Shown here in pieces: positions 20,745-29,545 of a stretch of DNA of 64,000 nt (position 1 is the first letter of the stretch; each line of letters begins with the position of its first letter). Both the position numbers and the translations under genes were made by a program. The notes under the pieces were generated by a model. That model was not told where the DNA came from and searched no databases. It saw only the letters and a program-made list of their open reading frames with translations. The DNA lies in NCBI GenBank assembly GCA_963817915.1, contig CAWFQL010000010.1, positions 1-64,000 on the forward strand. Reading direction: 5' to 3'. Source of the stretch: an uncultured candidate division Zixibacteria bacterium. Its GTDB lineage: Bacteria > Zixibacteria > MSB-5A5 > UBA10806.

Positions 20745-21203
20745 TTATTCGTTGGAATCCAATACCTCTATTAGATCCTCTTTATATTTAGCTTTCATTA
20801 ATTTCTGACGATTTTTCTCGCCCTTCATCAAATAAGAGAGCTTTGCCATAACATTTAGATGAGCTCCGATAGCATCTTCAGGAGCCGCAATCAGGAAAAA
20901 GAGATTTACCGGCTTCCGATCCATGGCGTCAAAATCAACGCCTTCATTCTTCCGTCCGAACGCAATCACGATGCCTTTTACGGCCCTTGTCTTGGCATGC
21001 GGAAATGCCACTCCGTAACCGACACCGGTAGTGACAAGTTTCTCTCTTTCAAGAACAGATTTAAGAAGCTCTTCTTTATTTTTAACCATTTGCGAATTGG
21101 CGGCCAAATCAACCAATTCTGCTATTATTTCATCCTTGGTTTCGCCTTTAAGATTAAAGGAAATTACATCATCTTCACAGAATCTCGACAGCTTTATCAT
21201 CAA
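20745..21203 (-). CDS. PTS EIIA component (fructose/Ntr type)
   Basis: EREKLVTTGVGYGVAFPHAK phospho-His motif; GVDFDAMD. Confidence 0.93.
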   Translation of the reverse strand: MMIKLSRFCEDDVISFNLKGETKDEIIAELVDLAANSQMVKNKEELLKSVLEREKLVTTGVGYGVAFPHAKTRAVKGIVIAFGRKNEGVDFDAMDRKPVNLFFLIAAPEDAIGAHLNVMAKLSYLMKGEKNRQKLMKAKYKEDLIEVLDSNE

Positions 21204-21211
21204 TCCTCCGA

Positions 21212-21376
21212 TTAAAACTTTTCCGCTTCATTGATCAACATGATGGGAATATCATCTTCGATCCCATAACGTAATTTGCATGTATGACAGATCAGCTTAT
21301 TATTTACTTTATCGTATTCTAAATCCCCTTTGCATTGGGGACAGGCCAATATTTCAAGTAGTTTCTCTGAAAGCAT
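21212..21376 (-). CDS. Trm112-like (YcaR/UPF0434) protein, 54 aa, absent from ORF track
   Basis: Manual translation MLSEKLLEILACPQCKGDLEYDKVNNKLICHTCKLRYGIEDDIPIMLINEAEKF*. Confidence 0.92.
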   Translation of the reverse strand: MLSEKLLEILACPQCKGDLEYDKVNNKLICHTCKLRYGIEDDIPIMLINEAEKF

Positions 21377-21387
21377 AAAATCCCCGC

Positions 21388-22371
21388 CTATTGCTCCTGA
21401 TATACACCGATATTTCTAAATTTCGCGAGCCTATTTGCCAAAAGAGTCGGCTTATCGATTGCTGTCAATCTCGTCAATTCCGCAAGCAATGCCTTCTTCA
21501 AATTCGCGGCTGTGACCGCATGGTCTCTGTGCGCCCCGCCCAACGGCTCTGGAATTATTCCGTCGATAATTTTCAACGTCATCAAATCATATGGAGTCGG
21601 CTTTAGCGCTTCGGCCGCCAATTCACGATTCAATTCCGCCTGTTTTTGATCATCGGCTTTTTTCCAGAGAATTGCAGCGCAACCCTCAGGGGAAATTACG
21701 GAATACCAGGAATTTTCCAACATCAGAATAACATCGCCAACGCCTATTCCCAGAGCTCCTCCGGATGCCCCTTCTCCTATAATCGCGATAATAATCGGCA
21801 CTTCGACAAGTGCCATTTCACGAATATTTCTCGCGATAGCTTCAGCCTGGCCTCTTTCTTCCGCGCCAATTCCGGGATACGCGCCCGGAGTATCGATCAA
21901 TATTATTATCGGCCGTTCAAATTTTTCCGCAAGTCTAATCATTCTTAAGGCTTTTCTGTATCCCTCGGGATGGCACATTCCAAAATTGCGGTATTGTCTC
22001 TGCTTGACATCTCTTCCTTTTTGTTGGCCAATAACCATAACGCTATTACCATCGATCTTCGCGAATCCGCTGACCATAGCCTTATCGTCGGCGAAATATC
22101 TGTCGCCGTGAAGCTCGATAAAATCGGTAAATATCAGAGAAATCATATCGAGGCAATACGGCCGTAATGGATGGCGGGCCAGCTGAATTCTTTGCCAACG
22201 AGTCAAATTGGAATAGACATCATTCTGAATCCTGCTCAGTTTTCTTTCGAGAGAGCTTATTTCACTATCGAATCCGATATTGCCGGCGGAAGCCATATCC
22301 TTCATTTCCTGTATCTTGCGATCCAGTTCAATTATCGGTTTTTCGAATTCTAAGTAATATTTCTCATCCAT
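21388..22371 (-). CDS. accA: Acetyl-CoA carboxylase carboxyltransferase alpha
   Basis: LEFEKPI, ARHP.RP, ELHGDR, IDTPGAYPG, GEGASGGA. Confidence 0.98.
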   Translation of the reverse strand: MDEKYYLEFEKPIIELDRKIQEMKDMASAGNIGFDSEISSLERKLSRIQNDVYSNLTRWQRIQLARHPLRPYCLDMISLIFTDFIELHGDRYFADDKAMVSGFAKIDGNSVMVIGQQKGRDVKQRQYRNFGMCHPEGYRKALRMIRLAEKFERPIIILIDTPGAYPGIGAEERGQAEAIARNIREMALVEVPIIIAIIGEGASGGALGIGVGDVILMLENSWYSVISPEGCAAILWKKADDQKQAELNRELAAEALKPTPYDLMTLKIIDGIIPEPLGGAHRDHAVTAANLKKALLAELTRLTAIDKPTLLANRLAKFRNIGVYQEQ

Positions 22372-23413
22372 TGCTGCCTCCCGTTTTTAGTTTCCGGGAT
22401 AAAATTATGGCAATAAATATAATAAAAAGCCCCTCAAGGACAAGAACTATATTGACTTTCCCAAGAACAAATCCGACCGCCATCAATGAAAATTGTATAC
22501 TAATTACATAAAAAAACCAGACTACTCCACGATGGGACATGCCAATATCCATTAGATAATGAAATAAATGTCGACGGTCGGCTATATAAATCTTTTTGCC
22601 TGTCAGAAGCCGTCTTATTGTTGTCGTGATAACCTCAATCACCGGCAGTCCAAGTGCAATAATCGGAATAAACATAACCAATGTGGCGTAGCTCTTTGGC
22701 CAATATAGCGACGTGACCCCTAAAATGTATCCGATAAAAAGCGATCCTGAATCGCCCATGAATATCTGCGCCGGATAATAATTAAAACGCAGAAATGATA
22801 AGGAAATTCCAAATATCCCGGCCGCTAATATCGTTGCCATAGGCAGGTCGAGCACAGCTCCCAGTATTACAAATGTCAACGCGGAAATTGACGCTATTCC
22901 CGCGGCCAAGCCATCAAGGCCGTCAAGCAGATTGAAAGTATTGGTAATGGTCACGATCCAAATGATGCTAAGTGGGATGCCCCAGAATCCGAGAGTAACC
23001 AATTTATAAAATGGTATATTTAGCAATTCAGCCCGAACTCCGAAAATGACTGGAAACAGCGCCGCGATTATTTGCCAAAAAAGTTTAACAACAGGCCCCA
23101 CACCTTTAATGTCATCAGTCAGCCCTAATAAGAATATTGTAATTCCACCAAGTACAATTCCAATCATCCCCAACCAATTTTTACTCCAGAGCTCCGGATC
23201 GGCGATAAATCCAAACCAGACAGCAAGTGAAAAAGCAATTACGAAAGCGACACCGCCCATGCGGGGAACAGGCACAGTATGAATTTTTCGCGGCCCGGGC
23301 TGATCCAATAACCCCTTTTTATGGCAGTAAGTTTTTATGATGGGTATCAGCAAATAGGTGAGATAGGCTGATATTAGTGTCACCAGAATATATCCGGGAA
23401 TTCGCCAATTCAA
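22364..23413 (-). CDS. WecA/TagO-like undecaprenyl-phosphate HexNAc-1-phosphate transferase
   Basis: RKIH..PVPRMGG, GLTDD, NLLDGLDGLA, FMGDSGS, ADRRHLFH. Confidence 0.93.
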   Translation of the reverse strand: MNWRIPGYILVTLISAYLTYLLIPIIKTYCHKKGLLDQPGPRKIHTVPVPRMGGVAFVIAFSLAVWFGFIADPELWSKNWLGMIGIVLGGITIFLLGLTDDIKGVGPVVKLFWQIIAALFPVIFGVRAELLNIPFYKLVTLGFWGIPLSIIWIVTITNTFNLLDGLDGLAAGIASISALTFVILGAVLDLPMATILAAGIFGISLSFLRFNYYPAQIFMGDSGSLFIGYILGVTSLYWPKSYATLVMFIPIIALGLPVIEVITTTIRRLLTGKKIYIADRRHLFHYLMDIGMSHRGVVWFFYVISIQFSLMAVGFVLGKVNIVLVLEGLFIIFIAIILSRKLKTGGSNG

Positions 23414-23416
23414 TTT

Positions 23417-24271
23417 CTATCTCCTTCGAAACAGCTGTCCAACACCGCTAACGCAAAATCCCATGCATAATACCACTCCCAGGGGCAAATTGAAATACCA
23501 TTGTGATGGGAAATGCTTCTGGAAATATTTATAAGCCGAAAGATGGTGATGATAAGACGACCTTAACGGCCTTGTTTGAGAGGATTTTCTCCATTGGTGA
23601 ATAATCTTTACCCCAGGCATGATAAATATTTTGAGCCCCATTTGACTGACTCGTTCGCAGATATCGAGATCTTCGAGATACATAAAAAAACGTTCGTCAA
23701 AGCCATTGAGTCTATTAAAAATATCCACATTCATGAAAATCGCGGTTGCGGAAACCGCAGGCACCTCAAATGGTTTGTCATCTGATGGAATAATATATCC
23801 GGCATCTCGTTCCTTAGTCAATCCAAACCTGAAAAGCGGCGAGCCTCTTCCGACCAAAAAATCTCGACGTCTTGGAATTTTCCTCGCAGACAATTGTAAT
23901 CTTCCATCAGGAAATAATAAAACCGGCGCTATAATTCCTGCATCAGGACGTTTAATGGCGAATTCATAAATATCCTTTAATGTATTTGGCGCTAATTCCG
24001 TATCCGGATTTAAAATGAATAAGTATCTGCCCTCCGCGTGCTTGGCTGCCATATTCACTGCGGCTCCAAAACCGATATTTTGGGTCAGAATTTGATTCTT
24101 GTTCCCTAATGATAAAATGTAGTCTGCGGATTTATCAATTGAGGCATTATCGATAATTATTGTCTCGAACGAAACTCCCCGTTGGCTCGAAAGCGATTCG
24201 ATACAAGTCTTTAATGAGGACAGACAATTATAGCTGACAATAATGCATGATATATCTATCTTATTGGCCAA
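23417..24271 (-). CDS. GT2 glycosyltransferase (WbbL/rhamnosyltransferase-like)
   Basis: IIVSYN, IDNAS.D, NIGFG, LNPD, FDERFFMYLEDLD. Confidence 0.9.
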   Translation of the reverse strand: MANKIDISCIIVSYNCLSSLKTCIESLSSQRGVSFETIIIDNASIDKSADYILSLGNKNQILTQNIGFGAAVNMAAKHAEGRYLFILNPDTELAPNTLKDIYEFAIKRPDAGIIAPVLLFPDGRLQLSARKIPRRRDFLVGRGSPLFRFGLTKERDAGYIIPSDDKPFEVPAVSATAIFMNVDIFNRLNGFDERFFMYLEDLDICERVSQMGLKIFIMPGVKIIHQWRKSSQTRPLRSSYHHHLSAYKYFQKHFPSQWYFNLPLGVVLCMGFCVSGVGQLFRRR

Positions 24272-24309
24272 GCCAATTACTCGCTAAAATAATGCAGCAT
24301 ATACTTTCG

Positions 24310-25569
24310 CTACTTTAATTTAAGGGATTCGATTTCTTCTCGTAGCGACACAATAACCTCGGCGAGAAATCCAATTGCAAAAAGAAGGAGTCCCGAGATC
24401 ACGAATAATATTACTATATAAAGCGGCGCTCTTGATCCGTGTTCGGTAAAAAATCGCAGGTATAAAGCGTCCAACCCGAAAATCAATCCTACCAATAAGA
24501 ATATTATTCCCCATGTACCGAATAGGCGTAATGGTTTTTTGGTGAATGACAATTGAAACTTAACCGAAAGCAAATCCAGTACACCACCGATTATTCTTGA
24601 AGTGCCGAATTTGCTTTGACCTGAATGGCGCGGATACAAGGCAACCTTGACTTCATCGATCACGAATCCGGCATCGGCGGCCAAAACCACAATATATCTA
24701 TGCCAATCTTTTCGTAAAGGTATATTCTCCACAACTTCTTTCTTGAATGCCTTGACTGAATTCATATCGTGTATTTTAATTCCGAAAAGTGCGCGACAAA
24801 ATCTATTGTATACAAATGATACGAACCGTTTTTTATATTTGCCCTGCTTCCATCCGGTGACTACATCCGCGCCTCGATCGATTTTGGCGACCATTTTAGG
24901 AATATCATTGGCATGATACTGCAGGTCAGCAGGATAAAACACAAATACGGAACCGCGCGCATTTTTAAATCCGGTATTTAGGGCCGCGGTTAAGCCTCTA
25001 TTGTTGGAATAAGTGACAACCTTCAGCCAATGGAATCTATTTGCTGCCTCGCGAGCGCGGTCCAGTGTCTTATCGCTAGAACCGTCATTTACCAAAATAA
25101 CTTCCCAATCATTACCGGCCCGTGAAATAACTTCATTGAATTGCTCAAGAAGCGGTTTAATATTTTCTTCTTCATTATATGCCGGTATTATAATACTAAT
25201 CCTGGCATTCGACCTTTGCTGAATTGGCCTATGCTCATGTCTTGATTCCGGGCGTGACCTCGGCCTTTCACGTTTCGGGCCCGCGAAAGTCTCTCTCCTT
25301 CTGGTATTGTCCCTATATTTTGAATCACCATTATGGGGTTTGGCTTTATCGACATTATTTGGAATCGGCGCGCTTGGCGGGGCAATAATTGGCTTTATTG
25401 GAGGCTTTTCAATCCCTTCATCTTTTTTAACATTATCGATATTTTCTGATTCACTATGTTGAGCCACAATTTCATCCTTTTCGGATTTAGGAGTGCCATT
25501 ATCCTGGGGCGTCAACGGTTTCCCCCGTTTTCTTCTCTTCCGCCCGTATTCGTTGTTGTCAATCCCCAT
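24310..25569 (-). CDS. GT2 polyprenol-phosphate glycosyltransferase (ArnC/DPM1-like) with long N-terminal low-complexity extension
   Basis: IIPAYNEE, VNDGSSD, PADLQ, two C-terminal TM helices. Confidence 0.88.
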   Translation of the reverse strand: MGIDNNEYGRKRRKRGKPLTPQDNGTPKSEKDEIVAQHSESENIDNVKKDEGIEKPPIKPIIAPPSAPIPNNVDKAKPHNGDSKYRDNTRRRETFAGPKRERPRSRPESRHEHRPIQQRSNARISIIIPAYNEEENIKPLLEQFNEVISRAGNDWEVILVNDGSSDKTLDRAREAANRFHWLKVVTYSNNRGLTAALNTGFKNARGSVFVFYPADLQYHANDIPKMVAKIDRGADVVTGWKQGKYKKRFVSFVYNRFCRALFGIKIHDMNSVKAFKKEVVENIPLRKDWHRYIVVLAADAGFVIDEVKVALYPRHSGQSKFGTSRIIGGVLDLLSVKFQLSFTKKPLRLFGTWGIIFLLVGLIFGLDALYLRFFTEHGSRAPLYIVILFVISGLLLFAIGFLAEVIVSLREEIESLKLK

Positions 25570-25867
25570 TTATTAAAGTACCTTTATAAGCTTTGTTAAT
25601 TAATACCTTTATCTAGCTCTACTAACAATAAATTTAAAAGCGAATTAAAATTAGATTATTGACAATCTCCATTACAGGTTTTTCGCAATTTCTAAAAATC
25701 GCAAGATATCTCATTTTTTTGTCCTAGCATTGGGTATACCCTCAACACTACATAAAATTGTCTATGCTTTTTCATTATTTCTTATCCGCAGCTATCATAA
25801 TATCCTATTTTCGAATTCAATTTTGGGAACCTTAACGACATTCCTATTAAAAGGTATAACGGACTGT

Positions 25868-26584
25868 TTACACCCTATTACCAATACATATAATCGATTG
25901 CCCAAAAGTGGGACGAACAATTTTTTCTAACACCTTTATCAGCGGAACAAACATGGTATCATATAGCCATATCCCACTTTGTGAATTAGACTTAATTCTA
26001 AGAATTTTATTTGTAATAAACCATGCCAGCAACCCTATTGAATTAAAATAGAATATTTCCGTTACTTCAAAATGGGCCCTATCCATTTTTATCAACAATT
26101 CCTCCTTAGAATATCTTCTAAAATGACCATCGAGAATATCAATGGTGCCGTACGCGCCCTTAAATGCCGGAACCATCAATACCAATCTTCCATTTTGAAT
26201 TAATACTGCATTCATATTGTGCAGCGCAGCACAATCATTCGAAATATGCTCTAATACATTTAGGCATAATATAGAATCTATGGATCGCTCTTGCCAAATA
26301 TTTATGTTATTCAAATATTCGATATCCAAATGCTCTATTTGAATATTATTATGTTCACAATATTTCGATTCCAAAAACTCTAAACAATTATGGCTTGAAT
26401 CTGTTACGTAAACAATCCTCTTTGAGCTAAGATAATCGGTAAATGTGCCAATTCCAGCACCAATCTCCAATATGTTTTGTCCCAAATGATCTGATATTGT
26501 TTCCCAGATCCAGCGATTATAATTCGCCGCTATTTTCATCAGCTTAAGTTCATTTATCGCTTCGTAATTTTCGACAGTACACAT
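25868..26584 (-). CDS. Class I SAM-dependent methyltransferase
   Basis: LEIGAGIG, NVLEHI, GHFRRY. Confidence 0.88.
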   Translation of the reverse strand: MCTVENYEAINELKLMKIAANYNRWIWETISDHLGQNILEIGAGIGTFTDYLSSKRIVYVTDSSHNCLEFLESKYCEHNNIQIEHLDIEYLNNINIWQERSIDSILCLNVLEHISNDCAALHNMNAVLIQNGRLVLMVPAFKGAYGTIDILDGHFRRYSKEELLIKMDRAHFEVTEIFYFNSIGLLAWFITNKILRIKSNSQSGIWLYDTMFVPLIKVLEKIVRPTFGQSIICIGNRV

Positions 26585-26586
26585 AT

Positions 26587-27258
26587 CTATTTAAATATTT
26601 TATATTTAATCAATGCCCAGATGGCCATAATTCCGTCACGAGCCCTAATTTTCTTACCCTCTTGAATACTCCTAGGATAATAGCTTATTGGGATTTCTGA
26701 AATTTTTATCTTCCTTATAGCCACTTTCGCCGTGACCTCGGGACAAAAATCAAAATGCTGGCATTCTAATTTTAGTGATTTAAGCAATTCGGTATCTATC
26801 ATTTTGTAGCAAGTTGATTCGTCGGTGATTGAAAGACCATATAGCAAATTTGCAACTTTAGTCACAATTTTGCCACCCCAAAAATAGCGCTTATATGATA
26901 TTTTATAATTTGGGTGAAGCAGCCTTGAACCATACACCACTTTGGAGTTATCTTCATTCATTCTCTCCATCATGGGGATAAAATCACGCGGATCATATTC
27001 AAGATCTGCATCTTGAATTACAACAATATCTCCTGAGACTTCTTTTAGACCTGCAATTATGGCACTTCCTTTGCCACCATTTTCCTTGTGAATAATTTTG
27101 ATATTGTCAAGATTTGCAAGGATTTCCTCGGAATTATCTGTAGAGCCATCGTTTACGACAATTATTTCCTTTTCAATTGGTAAGGATTTTACCTTTTCTA
27201 TAATTTCTGTTATTGATTTTGCCTCATTGTATACCGGTATAATTATTGACAGCTTCAT
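26587..27258 (-). CDS. GT2 DPM1-like glycosyltransferase
   Basis: MKLSIIIPVYNE, VNDGSTD, QDADLEYDP, VYGSR; ATG overlaps the upstream TGA. Confidence 0.92.
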   Translation of the reverse strand: MKLSIIIPVYNEAKSITEIIEKVKSLPIEKEIIVVNDGSTDNSEEILANLDNIKIIHKENGGKGSAIIAGLKEVSGDIVVIQDADLEYDPRDFIPMMERMNEDNSKVVYGSRLLHPNYKISYKRYFWGGKIVTKVANLLYGLSITDESTCYKMIDTELLKSLKLECQHFDFCPEVTAKVAIRKIKISEIPISYYPRSIQEGKKIRARDGIMAIWALIKYKIFK

Positions 27259-28357
27259 TCTTTGCCTACAGTTCTTAGCGAGAAATGCTCTCGGCGGAGA
27301 TAATAAAGGCCTATCATCGTAACCGGCAGGTACTGGCATAACCACAATATTATCGAAAACGAAAGTGCCTCGCCCTTCGAAATACCATATAAGCCCAACG
27401 AATCTGCCAGGTGGCCCAATGATGCGGTTGACATAATTGTATTAGAAGATATGATCATCGTCGTTGTTTCAATCTGACGTTGAGTAATATGACCTCCTAT
27501 CAAATTCATACTATTCAAAAGGCCAAACGCCCCTATTGTAGCCGCCTGGAATATCCCAACAAAGCCTGGCGCCGACGGTAGCATTACTGCGGCCGCTACG
27601 AATAATAGCAGAATAAACGATGCTGCTATATTGGGAATCATGCCAAATGCCATAAATACAAAATAATTTGCCAGCGCGGTTACCATCCATAAGAATAGCA
27701 GACCACACAATGACCTTGAATAAATCAATCCTTCTTTTGAAAACGTCGAGGCCACGGGAAAAGCTCACTATAATACTTTCCATTCTATTCAACAATGATT
27801 CCGGCAAAAAGACAAAGATCTTCAAGAGAAGACCCACAAGCCACGATGTTCTAGTTCTCAAAAGTAAAAGTATCGCAATCAAAAAAATATTGATGACCAG
27901 TGAGATAATACCGAATTTCTTTATTGCCGCAGGAAATGGCACAAATAGAATTACAAGCCAAAACATGGCTAATAACGACAGACTATCAAAAATTCGTTCA
28001 ATAACTACTGAGGCAAAAATCGCCGATCGTGATTCTCCGCTCTTTGCTCCCAATGAATAGGCGCGCGCGACCTCGCCGAGCCTGGCCGGCAAAACATTGT
28101 TGGCCATAAAACCAATCATTACCGAAGGAAACAAATCCCTGGGATCTGAACTTTTTAATTGGATTTAAGAGATACTGCCATCGTTCAGCACGGATGTACA
28201 TTGTCAAAACGACTAGAGCCATATTGGGTAATATCAACAAATAATTCGCATTCTTCAATGAAAAAATTATCTCGCCGAAGTTTACTTTGCGGAACGCAAG
28301 GTAAACGAAGAAAACACTTAGGGTTAGACCAATTATAATATTGATCTTTTTCTTCAT
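27255..28357 (-). CDS. Lysylphosphatidylglycerol-synthase-TM (UPF0104, flippase-like) membrane protein, split in 3 ORFs
   Basis: RAERWQYLL, GFMANNVLPARLGEVAR, ERIFD, PSAPGFVG. Confidence 0.85.
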
Positions 28358-29468
28358 TTCTCAGCCAAAATCCTTTTAAGAATTTCCTCGGTAGCCCTGG
28401 CAGTCTTATCCCAGGAAAATTTTGAGGCCCAGGTAAGCCGCCCATTTCGAGATTTTTGCGAAAATCGATGATCCGTAAGCATCTTAATAGCCATTGATGC
28501 GAATTCGTCTATATCGCCATGCTTGAATAGCAATCCCGACTTCCCCTCGTCTACAGAATCCGTCAAGCCCGGTACGCGGCCGCCAGCACCGCGGTTCCGC
28601 AGGCGTTTGCTTCAATATTGGTCAAGCCCCATCCTTCTTTTAACGATGGATAAACTGAAATATGCGCTCGCCTCATATATGTGACTTTTTCCGATGACGG
28701 AATATACCCCTTAAATTCCACCGCGTTTTCCAACCCCAATGTAGCTACCAAATGCTGCAAGTTTGGGAAGATGATCGCCGCATCCAATTACAACAAGCCT
28801 GGCATCGGGAATCGATTTCCTAATTAGTGGGCAACGCCTGTATCGGCGTTTCAATATGTTTATATTTTTTTAATCGGCCGACATATAGCAATGTAGGCGT
28901 TTCAAATTTTTGAATCGACGGGTCATATCGAAAGATATCCTTATCGATTCCGCATTCTACTACGTCGATATTTTCTCTCTTGATTCCTCGTTTGATTACA
29001 TCTTCGGCTGTCGATTGCGAAATTACCATGAATCGATTTCGTTTATACACCACCGGAACAGGTTTTTCCGCGATATAAATATATGTGCCCAATACGTAAT
29101 TAATTTCCTGAAAAATCGTATCAGCAAAAAGATGGGGAATTACAATAAGCGTTGGCAATTTTTGATAGAGCGGCGAATAAAATGGAATTTTATTAATGTC
29201 TTCAATCACAACATCATAATGATTTTTCTTGATCATTTTGGTCAGGACTCGCGGTGCCACCCAATTAAAATTAAATCTTGAGCCATGGCGATAAATCCTT
29301 GATTCCAGCGGTCTCGTCAGTCTTCGACCCTCCGGGAAAATTACTGCAAAGCAGATCGACCTGATGGCCATAGCTGACCAAGCGAATCAATAATTCTTCC
29401 AGATGGACTTCAGCCCCACCGGCCAACGGATTCTTCAGATCCTGCCAGTTTAATGCTAAAATTCTCAA
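28354..29468 (-). CDS. GT4 glycosyltransferase, multiply frameshifted
   Basis: LRILALNWQD..NPLAGGAE; YVGRLKKYK; PSLKEGWGLTNIEANACG across four ORFs. Confidence 0.88.
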
Positions 29469-29545
29469 TTTTTCTCCGTACTTTTGCGCTGCTATTTTCC
29501 TGATACGAATCCAGAAGTTCATCAAGCGATTTCAATGTCTTGGAA

